The notes: generated from the letters alone by a model not told the origin. DNA of 64,000 nucleotides from Pedosphaera sp. (GCA_031414955.1 JANOQV010000123.1:1-64000); one strand, 5' to 3'. Shown: positions 40,101 through 48,277, counted from the stretch's first letter. Numbers and translations are program-made.

Positions 40101-40392
40101 GGAGATCCAGCCAACGTGCGGGTCCGGTGAACACGCTGCTGCCGAAGTCCAGCCGGATGGTGAACAAACCGTTCGTGACCGGCACGGCGGCGAAGCTCTG
40201 AAACGGCCCTTGCGGCAAGCCCAACGTCACGGCGTCATACACGCGAAACTGAAAATCGTAGAGACCGGTGGCCGGGGCGGTGTTGTCATCCAGTCGGCCT
40301 TCGTAGGTGAAGGCCGTGCCTTGGGCCACGGCCCGGCCGAGACCGGAGGCGAGCGCCAGCACAGTGAGGAGGGAGAGTAATTTTGTTCTCAT
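37144..40392 (-). CDS. Large secreted protein with LVIVD-like repeats and a C-terminal BNR/Asp-box beta-propeller
   Basis: Signal MRTKLLSLLTVLALASG then QGTAFTYEGRL; VTLVDVSNP-type repeats; VGIGT motifs; repeated WxSVASSADGxKL...IYTSTDSGVxW. Confidence 0.85.
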   Translation of the reverse strand: MRTKLLSLLTVLALASGLGRAVAQGTAFTYEGRLDDNTAPATGLYDFQFRVYDAVTLGLPQGPFQSFAAVPVTNGLFTIRLDFGSSVFTGPARWLDLLVRTNGAGAYTPLTPRTELTSTPYAIFAGGVNATGIAGTIAPANIATGSITSAMIAPGAVSQLGASDGSPANAVQVNTNGLVGIGTNAPETALHITASTPLLSATVLFQVQDETGAYTNLNYAGQPALSGTLLAIPAADDNGVTLVNITNPLAPVLVSQVRDGVGGFTALAGATAVAWAGSTLVVAAINDDAVTFISATNPSSPALLAELRDGVGGWDQLNGVRAVAVSGNILAMGAVNDGAVTLADISNPAVPVLRGFMKDGFNGFTELAGVRSVALSGNLLAIGAYTDNAVTLVDVSVPSIPVILSQIKHGVGGYNLLNVNAVAFSGNLLVVTALTGDLVVLVDVTNPASPVKLAELRNGVGGYSLNGPYSVAISGNRLAIASFVGHTVTLVDISNPAAPILLTTVKDGLGGAAFLNGAYGVAFAGTNLVVTASGDNAFTILGFSTNAASLISSGWVGIGTTRPVAALHVVGSVVVESAGLFDVSATRVELGTGAAALADYSFAAGRQAKAKHQGAFVWSDSQAADFNSTTNDQFLIRAAGGVGINKNNPASALDVAGTITASDLDVAGTLTAAAVDVAGTVTATAFQGAGTLRWQAVAGTNQQAVANSGYVATNAAQVTITLPASPTVGAVVRVSGAGLGGWKVVQNAGQSVLLTPLPGASFDTWTGRENNRNWNAVASSADGAKLVAVVLAGQIYTSTDYGVTWAARASVGDWSSVASSADGTKLVATQSLGHIYTSTDSGVNWTLRGIISDWRSVASSADGAKLAAAAYGDVIYTSTNSGVSWEPQATLSRGWLSIASSADGKRLVAVAESGEVTRSQNSGQSWVYHSYTAPWRSVAASANGSKVVVVAYGDYIYTSTDFGATLSTPRASALLWWSVSSSADGSKLAAVNYDWDIYTSTDSGVSWIPHNIYEEWSSVASSADGTRLVAVSFGGRIYTSTARTTTGTSGYLTGDADCAIELQFVGNGEWRVLSYVGSITGN

Positions 40393-40482
40393 GGTTTGTT
40401 GATTGGATTGGGAATGAAACTGCGGTGCTGATCGGTGACTGGGGAAAACGCGGGCCTGCCGTTGCTGCTTTTGTTTCATGAT

Positions 40483-40971
40483 CTATCGTCGGAATTTCAC
40501 GACCCTCTTGGCCGGGATTTGCATCCCAGCATTCGCTCCGCCCTTCACCCCGAGGAGTGAGTTGGTGTTGGCGAACGGCATGATGATGAAGAGGCTCGCA
40601 CCATTGGTCTGGTGAGGATACGTGGCGACCGTCCAGACCACGGGCACCGTGTCGAGGGATTCCGTCTCTTCCAGAACAAAATCCCCGGCGGCCAGCGGCC
40701 ACGAAATCCGTACGCCCGATTCCAGCCGCTCGATGCTCAACGGCGGGGCCAGCCGTGGCGACGTAATGTCGAACACGGCCCGGAATCCGGTGGCGAGCGA
40801 AAAGCTACCGCCTCGGACGGTGGCCGCCTGTGTCTGGCCCGCCGTGCCCCGGACGCGATAAAGGCCGCCCGTGCTCGTGCCGCCACCACTGGCGATCACA
40901 TGCCCGACTAGGGCGGGTTGCGCCGCGCCGAACAGCGGCGTAAGGAGGAGAGTCATCAGCCAGAGCTTCAT
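40483..40971 (-). CDS. Small secreted protein
   Basis: Signal MKLWLMTLLLTPLFGAA; VIASGGGTSTGGLYRVRGTAGQ; VRISWP...FVLEETESL. Confidence 0.75.
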   Translation of the reverse strand: MKLWLMTLLLTPLFGAAQPALVGHVIASGGGTSTGGLYRVRGTAGQTQAATVRGGSFSLATGFRAVFDITSPRLAPPLSIERLESGVRISWPLAAGDFVLEETESLDTVPVVWTVATYPHQTNGASLFIIMPFANTNSLLGVKGGANAGMQIPAKRVVKFRR

Positions 40972-41013
40972 TTCTGTTTCTTTCTTAAGTTGTTTTGCCC
41001 ATCGAGATCGCGT

Positions 41014-41060
41014 CTCACCCCTTACCAACGATTTTTTGGCGGAAGGTTACAGAGTTAATT
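41014..41060 (-). promoter_or_regulatory. 47-bp repeat copy 3 containing a putative module 2 ECF promoter (TGTAACC-N14-CGTTGGTAA)
   Basis: Differs from 34607-34653 at only 2 positions; upstream of the 40971/40392 gene pair. Confidence 0.75.
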
Positions 41061-41133
41061 CAGCCCCTGTCCGCCCGCCTTCCTCCTTTCCCATCTCGGT
41101 GCGGATGTGAAAGGCTCGCCGCACTTCACGCGC

Positions 41134-42612
41134 ATGAAATCCGTCATCAAGAATGCGAACGGCCCGGTCACGAGAAAACCGCGCCTCCTCGTCGGCGTCT
41201 GTTCCTGCCACGGCCATGCGCCGCTGCGAGCGGCGGCGCGAGCGACGTGGGCGGGACAGGTGGCGGAGCGCATCCGGGTCGTGTTCTTCGTGGGCGACGG
41301 TTCGGAATCCGAAGCGCCGGACGTGTGGGTGCTGCGCTGCCCGGACGACTACGAGGCCCTGCCTTTGAAAACGCAGACGTTCCTGCGGCGCGCGTTGGGC
41401 GAGGATGATTGGGACTACGTTTTCAAGTGCGATGACGACACCTACGTGATGCTGGACCGGCTGGCGGGACTGGCCGGACTGGGCGAATTCGTGGGCAGCG
41501 CGGACACGGCCGGAGCGGGATTCGCCAGCGGCGGCGGCGGGTACCTGCTTTCCCGAAACGCCGCCCGCGCTGTAGTCGAAGCGCCGGTGCCAGCACCCGG
41601 TGCGGAGGATGTGTGGGTGAGCCGGCTCTTGCAACAGGCCGGCTTCAAGCTCGTCGCATCACCGGCGCTGCAAATGAATCATGCGGTGTTGCCGAACCGG
41701 GAGAACAGCATCGTCACGGCCCACTGGTGTTCGGAGGAACTCCTGCGCCTCATCCACCGCGCCCTCGCCGATCCCGGCGCGCTCCGCGCGGCGCACACGT
41801 TTCACGCGACTCACGCGGCGTGGCACGGCCCGGTCACGCTGCTCGAAGGCGGTTATTTCTTCGGCGGGAGTTTCCGTCCCGACGGCCGGTGGGAATTCGA
41901 GGTCGGAGAAACCTGGCTGCGCTTGCAATGGTTTCACTGGCCGGAAGATCGCCTGGTCTTCACGCCGCTGGGATTCGTGAACGCGACGCTGCGCCTGGAT
42001 CGAGTGCCGATGGAAGCGGCGGCGGGAAATGGACCTCAGAAAAAAGTCGCGCGTGATCCACTCGCCCCCAGCGCGGAGAAACTGCATCTCGGCGCGGGGG
42101 GCAACCCCCTGCCCGGCTGGAGCAACCACGATCTCGACATGGATTTGCGCCAACCGCTGCCATTGCCCGATGCGTCCGTCCGCTTCCTGTTTGCGGAGCA
42201 TGTGGTCGAACACGTCACGCCGCGCGAGGCCTGGCGTTTCTTCAAGGAAGTGCGGCGCGTGCTGAAGCCAGGCGGAGTGCTGCGCCTCGCGGTGCCGTGC
42301 GTGGACTTGATCGCGGAACGGTACGACGAGGCTTACGCGGATTTTCTCCGGCGCGTCACGGGCGGGGATGGCTCGAAGGAGAACGCAATGGATTCGATCA
42401 TCAGCAACTGGGGGCATCAAGCCGTGTGGACGGTGCCTGCGCTCCGGGCCGTCCTCCACGCCCTGGGACTGAAGACCACGGAAGGCCAGTCCGGCGTTTC
42501 CGCCCACCCGGAATTGCACGGCATCGACGGTCACGCCCGCGCCATCGGCGCGCACGCCAACTGGGTGGAAACCGGAATCGTGGAGGCGGTGAAACCCGCA
42601 CTCCCAATTTGA
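41134..42612 (+). CDS. Fusion: GT31/fringe-like glycosyltransferase + class I SAM-dependent methyltransferase
   Basis: RATW, DDYEALPLKT, FKCDDDTYV, GGGGYLLS, EDVWV; then LHLGAG, AEHVVEH, RVLKPGGVLRLAVP. Confidence 0.8.
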   Translation: MKSVIKNANGPVTRKPRLLVGVCSCHGHAPLRAAARATWAGQVAERIRVVFFVGDGSESEAPDVWVLRCPDDYEALPLKTQTFLRRALGEDDWDYVFKCDDDTYVMLDRLAGLAGLGEFVGSADTAGAGFASGGGGYLLSRNAARAVVEAPVPAPGAEDVWVSRLLQQAGFKLVASPALQMNHAVLPNRENSIVTAHWCSEELLRLIHRALADPGALRAAHTFHATHAAWHGPVTLLEGGYFFGGSFRPDGRWEFEVGETWLRLQWFHWPEDRLVFTPLGFVNATLRLDRVPMEAAAGNGPQKKVARDPLAPSAEKLHLGAGGNPLPGWSNHDLDMDLRQPLPLPDASVRFLFAEHVVEHVTPREAWRFFKEVRRVLKPGGVLRLAVPCVDLIAERYDEAYADFLRRVTGGDGSKENAMDSIISNWGHQAVWTVPALRAVLHALGLKTTEGQSGVSAHPELHGIDGHARAIGAHANWVETGIVEAVKPALPI

Positions 42613-42677
42613 AACCGGGCCACTGCCGACCAACGCTGCCGACGGGCCAAGTCAAAACCGAACGGTTCGCTTCCTGT

Positions 42678-43124
42678 TCAAATCCCGGTCCCGCCGAGTT
42701 GAGCATTCGGGTTCGGTAAGGGGATCAGCGCAGCCATAGGCCGGTCGTCCAATCCTTCAATGGAGTAGGAGGACGAGATGAATGAGGTCAAATTGCCAGG
42801 GGACATCGTCATAACAGGATCGGCCAGGCCCAACCGTGCCGCCATGCCGGCTGTGATCGCAGGTTTGTCACTATGGCCCTCGATGTTTCCGCAGACGAAT
42901 CCAAGCTGCACGCTGTAAAGCTGGGCCGTGTCCAGGAGGCACTTCTGATGGATGTGCAAGGAATTGATGAGTTGGTCACGGCCTGTCTCCAAAGCCGTGA
43001 TCGCAGATTTGATGTGATGCTCTTTCACTTCCCCAGGAAAGGGCACGCGGAATTTTTTACGATTTTCGAGCAACGTGATCAGGTATTGGATCCGTCCGAT
43101 CATTTCTACGGCTTTTTCATTCAT
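42678..43124 (-). CDS. Hypothetical protein (visibly lower GC than its flanks)
   Basis: 148 aa ATG-initiated ORF; no recognisable motif. Confidence 0.5.
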   Translation of the reverse strand: MNEKAVEMIGRIQYLITLLENRKKFRVPFPGEVKEHHIKSAITALETGRDQLINSLHIHQKCLLDTAQLYSVQLGFVCGNIEGHSDKPAITAGMAARLGLADPVMTMSPGNLTSFISSSYSIEGLDDRPMAALIPLPNPNAQLGGTGI

Positions 43125-43255
43125 AAGTACGAGTCTCCTGCGGGGTGTGGTTTGTTTTTGTTTCTGCGGTTTGGTAGCAATTTGATCCGGGTGGCCTCAA
43201 GCGAAATGTCCCGCCGGAACGCGGCGCGCGACCGCCGGGCGGGTGGCCTCACACG

Positions 43256-44365
43256 ATGAACATTTATTTTTTCGGCTGGCCCAGTGAACTGGGCGGGGCG
43301 GGCACCAAGCTCGCGCATCTGCTGCGCCTGTTGCGCGGCGAGTTCGAGATCACGGTGGTGCCCACCGTGGAAAAGGAAGCCGCCGACACGCGCTGGCAGC
43401 AGCGGATCGAGGCGCTGGGTGCGCGCTGGATGCGCTTCGAGCAACTGCCGCCGCAGCTCGAAGGGTGGGGCGTCCTGCTCTGCAATCATCTCATGATCAG
43501 ACCCGGGACGCTGGGCGAACTGCGCCGGCGCGGGTTGCGCCTGGCCTGGTCGAATGAAATGATGTGGACCACGCGCGAGGAACTCGGCCCGCTGGCCTTC
43601 GGACAGTTTGACGCCGTGCTCTACGTCTCGCCGGAACAACGCACCGCGCTGGAGCCGCAATACCTCCACATGCTCACCGGCCTCCGTCCGCCCGCGCCGG
43701 AGCGCGTGGACGAACGCGCGACCGAAGGCTGGCTGGCGGGCCGACGCGTGCGCTGGGTGATGACGGGCAACTACATTGACCCGGCGGAATTCCCGTTCCA
43801 CGAGCGGCCACGCGGCACGCCGCCGCGTCCTTTGGTCGTGGGCCGACTCTCGCGCGCGGACGCGGACAAGTTCCCCGAAAAATTTCCCGAGAGCTACGCA
43901 GGGCTGGGGCTGAAGGACGCGCGCTTTCGCGTGATGGGCTGGGGCGGGAAGATCGCGGAGCAGTGGCCGCGCAAACGCTTCGACGGGCGCTGGGAACTGC
44001 TGCCGCCCTGCGCCGAGCCGACCGCCGCCTTCCTGCAATCGCTCGACCTCTTCGTGTATGAACTCGGCGCGAGCTGCTGCGAAAGCTGGGGCCGCGCCGT
44101 GGTGGAGGCGATGCTGACCGGGGCGGTGCCGCTGGTGCCGGCGGATCGCAGGCACCATCTCCACGCGCTCGTGCCGCATGGCCAAGCAGGGTTCCACTGC
44201 GCGACGCGCGCGGAGTTCGGACACTACGCCCGACGGCTGGAAGCCGACGACGCGCTGCGGCTCAAGATGTCCCGGCAGGCGCGGGCGTGGGCGGAAAAGA
44301 AGTTGTGCAACACGGAAGAACATCGCGAGCGGTGGCGGCGGTTGTTTCATGGCGGCGCGGGTTGA
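43256..44365 (+). CDS. Glycosyltransferase (GT-B, family 4-like)
   Basis: GGAG, VVGRLSR, FLQSLDLFVY, ESWGRAVVEAMLTG (E-x7-E). Confidence 0.85.
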   Translation: MNIYFFGWPSELGGAGTKLAHLLRLLRGEFEITVVPTVEKEAADTRWQQRIEALGARWMRFEQLPPQLEGWGVLLCNHLMIRPGTLGELRRRGLRLAWSNEMMWTTREELGPLAFGQFDAVLYVSPEQRTALEPQYLHMLTGLRPPAPERVDERATEGWLAGRRVRWVMTGNYIDPAEFPFHERPRGTPPRPLVVGRLSRADADKFPEKFPESYAGLGLKDARFRVMGWGGKIAEQWPRKRFDGRWELLPPCAEPTAAFLQSLDLFVYELGASCCESWGRAVVEAMLTGAVPLVPADRRHHLHALVPHGQAGFHCATRAEFGHYARRLEADDALRLKMSRQARAWAEKKLCNTEEHRERWRRLFHGGAG

Positions 44366-47259
44366 GTTCCCTCCAGTTGCGCCAGGCGCTGCCCGAGTTT
44401 CTTCCGCGTTTTGTCCTCGGCTGGCACGCTGGCCGCGCGGACGGGAAGCTGCTCCAGCGCCTCGCGCAGCAGCGCCACGGCTTCGGCGGTGAAAGGCGTG
44501 TCCGGGTCAGCGTGGCGAACGACGAGCAGGCTGAGATCGGCCGCCAAGAGACGAAATTTGTAATCGCCCTGGGCGATGTGGCGATGCGTGCGGAGCCAGC
44601 GCAAAAGATCACGCGCGGTCGCCAGCGCCTCCGCATGTTTCCCGCCTGCGTCCCGGGACTGGCCGAGGTGGAAAAAGGTGATGGGGATATAAACCCAGAA
44701 GTTGGCCTGGTCCGGCACTTCCGCGAAGATGGCCAGCCGCAACTCCAGTGCGGCCTGAAGGTCCGGCTCCATTTTTTCCAGCTCCCGCTGTTTCGCGTAG
44801 TAGTAGTTCGCCGCAGAGGTGTGGAGACTGGCCCGCGCCCACCGCCACCAGCCGTTGGTGCCCGGCAAGGAATCAATCGCCTGGCGCAAATACTTGTACT
44901 CGGCATCGCCTCGCTCCACCCGGCGCGTGTGCCGGGCGATTCTGGCGTAGGCATTGACCAGGAGTTGATAACGATGCGGCGTGTCCGGAAACGCGGCCAC
45001 GGACGCCAGTTGGTTCGTCAAGTCGCGCTCGTAGGTGACGCGGGCCAGATTCGTCTGCCCTTGGTGGTCGAACCAGTCGCCCTGCGCGGCCATCGAGTTT
45101 TGCAACTGTTCGGTCCAGTCCACACGCTCCGGCTCCTGGGCCGCGAGCCGCATGAAAATGTCGCAGGAGGACTGGAGCCACGGGCCGGGACGCGCATCGT
45201 CCGGCGTCACGTCGGACACCAGAATCGCGGAGGACCGCAGCAATTCACCGTGATGCTGCTGCCAGGTGACGTTCGCCGGATCGCGTGCGGCCAGGCGTCC
45301 GGTCAGTTCGAGACCCCGTTCCGAGTGGCGCACGGCCTCGGCGCGCAAGGCGGCTGCGGCGACGGTATTGGTCCGGGCGGTCGTGCTGGCGCGGGCCTTG
45401 ATCACTTCGGCCAGCCGGGCCTGGGCGACGCCCAGCTCGTTCTGCCACTGCGGCGCTTCGGGGAACCGGGCCACGAGCTTTTCGTGAATGACGAGGTATT
45501 CCCGGAACGCGCCCTCCGCGCGCTCGCGCTGGTCCTGCTTCTGCCAAATGCGCCCCAGATTGTAGTGGGCGAAGCCGTTCAGGCTTTGCCATTCGGCGGT
45601 GGCCTCCGGCCGGACGGCCAGTTCCGCCGCGAGGCGCGCGCCCGCCTCGTAGTTGGTCTGCTGCATGTCGTGCAGATCAAATTCCCACGCCACGTCGCCC
45701 AGTCCGAAATGCGCGCGGGCCAGTTGCGCGGCGAACGCCCCATTCGCAGGCTCGCCGCGCAGCGTCTCGGTCGTGAAGGCGACGAGTTCACCGCCCACGC
45801 GCAGCGCGCCTTGCACATCATGCGTGTCGCGCAAGACATCGCGCAGCGCGGCGAGCGTGTCCGCCCGGTTGGTGCGCCAGCCCAGCGTGGTGGTCGGATC
45901 GCGCGACCGGCCCAGAACTTCCAGTGCTTCCTGCACGATGCCCCGCGCCCGTTTCAAGTCGCCCGTGTCCCGGGCCGCGCCCGCCTCCTTCACGAGAAAA
46001 ATGGAATGAAGCGTCTGAAATCCCGCATCCGACCGGAGCCGGGACTGTTCCTCGAAATACGGCCGCAGTTTCGCCAGCACCTGCGCCGTGAGCGGACTGC
46101 GGCCCACCTCGGCGAGTTGCGGGGTGAGGGATTCGAGCATGTAACGGATGTTCTGCTCGGTTCGGTCGCGGGCGGAGCGCACATTGCGCAGCGCGATTCG
46201 CTGCGCCACCAGGCCGACGGCCAGCAGCGCGGCCAGCAGCACCGACAGGCTCGCGACCACCGGATTGCGCCGCGCCCAGCGCCAGGCGCGTTCCGCCGCC
46301 CCAGCGGGCCGGGCCTGGATGGGTTTGTGTTCGAGGAAGCGTTCGATTTCGTCGGCTACTTCGCGGGCGGTGCCGTAGCGGCGCGCGGGTTCTTTGGCCA
46401 GGCATTTTAGGCAGATGATTTCCAGATCGCGCGGCACGGCGGGATTCAATGCACGGGGCGGAGTTGGCTCCGAGTGCAGCACCGAGAGCAGGGCCTGCTC
46501 AATCGTCGCGGCTTGGAAGGGAGGTTTTCCCGTGAGCAGAAAATAGAGAATCGTCCCCAGCCCATAGACATCGCTGGCGATGGTCGCTTCACCGCGCTGC
46601 GGATCAAGCTGCTCGGGCGACATGAAGCTGGGCGTGCCCATGATTCGTCCGGCCACGGTGGCGTCGCGCGGATCGCCGAGCAGTTTGGCGAGACCGAAAT
46701 CCGTCACGCGCGCCTGGCTGGTATCGTCGAGCAGCACGTTGGCCGGCTTGAGGTCGCGGTGCAGCACGCCGCGCTGGTGGGCGTGATGGACGGCGATGGC
46801 GATCTGCCGGGTCCAATGCGCGGATTCGGTCACGGAAGGCGGCTGAAGTTTCACGCGGCGGGCCAAGTCCGGGCCAGACACATACTCCATGCTCAGGAAA
46901 GGCTGGCCGTCGTGCTCGCCCACTTCATGAATCGCGACGATGCCCGGGTGGTTGAGACCGGCCGCAGCCTCCGCCTCGGTGCGAAAGCGCCGCACGCTTT
47001 CGGGACCAGCCACGCCCGGCAGGAGCATCTTCAACGCGACGATGCGGTGCAGGCTGATCTGCCGCGCGCGGAAGACCACGCCCATGCCGCCGCGCGCGAT
47101 TTCCTCCAACAGTTCATAATCGGCGCAACCGCGCTCCAGCATGGTGATCTGCGCCGCCGCCAGGCCCAAGTGAAGAAGACAACTCGGGCACGCGCCCTCC
47201 GGCACGCCGGGGGGCTTGGTCTTTCCACACTCAGGGCAAAGTTGTTTCGACATCTCCAC
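44347..47259 (-). CDS. Hanks-type Ser/Thr protein kinase with N-terminal Zn ribbon, TM helix and TPR-like C-terminus
   Basis: CPEC...CPSC; ARGGMGVV, ALK, HRDLKPAN, DFG, GTPSFMSPEQ; TM after WARRNP; helical repeats. Confidence 0.93.
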   Translation of the reverse strand: MEMSKQLCPECGKTKPPGVPEGACPSCLLHLGLAAAQITMLERGCADYELLEEIARGGMGVVFRARQISLHRIVALKMLLPGVAGPESVRRFRTEAEAAAGLNHPGIVAIHEVGEHDGQPFLSMEYVSGPDLARRVKLQPPSVTESAHWTRQIAIAVHHAHQRGVLHRDLKPANVLLDDTSQARVTDFGLAKLLGDPRDATVAGRIMGTPSFMSPEQLDPQRGEATIASDVYGLGTILYFLLTGKPPFQAATIEQALLSVLHSEPTPPRALNPAVPRDLEIICLKCLAKEPARRYGTAREVADEIERFLEHKPIQARPAGAAERAWRWARRNPVVASLSVLLAALLAVGLVAQRIALRNVRSARDRTEQNIRYMLESLTPQLAEVGRSPLTAQVLAKLRPYFEEQSRLRSDAGFQTLHSIFLVKEAGAARDTGDLKRARGIVQEALEVLGRSRDPTTTLGWRTNRADTLAALRDVLRDTHDVQGALRVGGELVAFTTETLRGEPANGAFAAQLARAHFGLGDVAWEFDLHDMQQTNYEAGARLAAELAVRPEATAEWQSLNGFAHYNLGRIWQKQDQRERAEGAFREYLVIHEKLVARFPEAPQWQNELGVAQARLAEVIKARASTTARTNTVAAAALRAEAVRHSERGLELTGRLAARDPANVTWQQHHGELLRSSAILVSDVTPDDARPGPWLQSSCDIFMRLAAQEPERVDWTEQLQNSMAAQGDWFDHQGQTNLARVTYERDLTNQLASVAAFPDTPHRYQLLVNAYARIARHTRRVERGDAEYKYLRQAIDSLPGTNGWWRWARASLHTSAANYYYAKQRELEKMEPDLQAALELRLAIFAEVPDQANFWVYIPITFFHLGQSRDAGGKHAEALATARDLLRWLRTHRHIAQGDYKFRLLAADLSLLVVRHADPDTPFTAEAVALLREALEQLPVRAASVPAEDKTRKKLGQRLAQLEGTQPAPP

Positions 47260-47263
47260 AATG

Positions 47264-47293
47264 TTCCCAACGAAAAATTGCGCCGAGGTTACA
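47264..47293 (-). promoter_or_regulatory. Putative module 2 ECF promoter (TGTAACC-N14-CGTTGGGAA) upstream of the TPR kinase
   Basis: Same boxes and spacing as the three island repeats but a divergent spacer. Confidence 0.7.
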
Positions 47294-47402
47294 GTTGGAG
47301 TTCAAGCTTCAGCTCGTTCCCCACCGCCCGCCGGTGCTCGCAGCCTCGCACTTCTCCGTTCGTGCCAACTCGGACGGAGCAAGCTGAAGCTTGGACTCCA
47401 AC
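47294..47402. repeat. REP-like inverted repeat between the ECF and kinase genes
   Basis: GTTGGAGTTCAAGCTTCAGCTCGTTCC ... GGAGCAAGCTGAAGCTTGGACTCCAAC. Confidence 0.8.
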
Positions 47403-47404
47403 GG

Positions 47405-48136
47405 TCACCGGCCCACCACGCTGATCAAGTAACGCAACTCGTCATCCACCTCCGCCGGACTGCTCACGGTGCGGGCGATTGCCTGGCGCAGCAATTCGCC
47501 GTAGCGTTGCCGCAGGCGATGCACCGCCACCTTCACCGCGCCTTCACTCATCCCGCAGCGCGTCGCGACCTCCGCGTAGGCGGGGCCGGAGCGGTCGCCT
47601 TGGAGCGAGCCGCGCAGTTGGTCGAACAGTTCGCGCTTGCCGGACTCGGTGTGTTCTTCCCGCAGCCGTTCCGTAACGTGTTCGAGCAGGGTGAACGCCC
47701 ACCGCTTCTCGAACAGTGATTCGGGCGTTTCCCCGTCCGGCGCGTCGAGCGCGAAACGAGCTTCACCTTCCTCGGCATCCAGCGAGAGCAGCCGCTGCCC
47801 GCCGCCGCGCTTCTGGGCCTGTCCGCGCTGCCATTCGTTGCCCAGAAAATTCTCGAGCGACTTGAGCAGGAAGGAACGGAACCGTCCGCCGTCGGGCCGC
47901 ACACCCGAGAGCGCGCTCTTGCTCACGAGGCGGGTGAAAAAATCCTGGATGACGTCCTCGGCCTCGACTGGCAAGAGACCGCGCCGCCGGGCGAAGGCGT
48001 AGAGCGGATGCCAGTAGGCGAGGTAAAGATCGGCGAAGGCCGTGTTGTCGGAAGGGGCGTCCGGTCGCGCGGCTTCCAGAACCAGAGTCCAGTGCGTCGT
48101 CTGAAAAACGGCCAGCGCCGTGCGTCCTGAGTTCAT
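47405..48136 (-). CDS. ECF-type RNA polymerase sigma-70 factor (kinase-associated PVC type), paralogue of 8487-9260
   Basis: FQTTHWTLVL, YWHPLYAF, EAEDVIQDFF, GRFRSFLL, YAEVATRCGMSEGAVKVAVHRLRQRY. Confidence 0.92.
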   Translation of the reverse strand: MNSGRTALAVFQTTHWTLVLEAARPDAPSDNTAFADLYLAYWHPLYAFARRRGLLPVEAEDVIQDFFTRLVSKSALSGVRPDGGRFRSFLLKSLENFLGNEWQRGQAQKRGGGQRLLSLDAEEGEARFALDAPDGETPESLFEKRWAFTLLEHVTERLREEHTESGKRELFDQLRGSLQGDRSGPAYAEVATRCGMSEGAVKVAVHRLRQRYGELLRQAIARTVSSPAEVDDELRYLISVVGR

Positions 48137-48223
48137 AGGGATGGAAGCCGGCGCGGTGATAATCAAAATCGCAGGTCAACGCAAGGTTGGCCCGCATCAG
48201 GCCGTCCAGCCGGGCCGGGTGGG

Positions 48224-48260
48224 AAAACAAAACGGGCGGCCCATGGAGTGGCCGCCCGTT
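48224..48260 (-). terminator. Intrinsic terminator after rplT
   Basis: aacgggcggcc/ggccgcccgtt stem followed by a T-rich tract on the minus strand. Confidence 0.75.
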
Positions 48261-48277
48261 GTCGTAAAGTGACGTGA

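Noticed and set aside
34607..41060. 47-bp repeats as CRISPR repeats or attC sites
   Set aside because: Copies are kilobases apart, not palindromic, lack RYYYAAC/GTTRRRY pairing, and sit upstream of gene starts like promoters.
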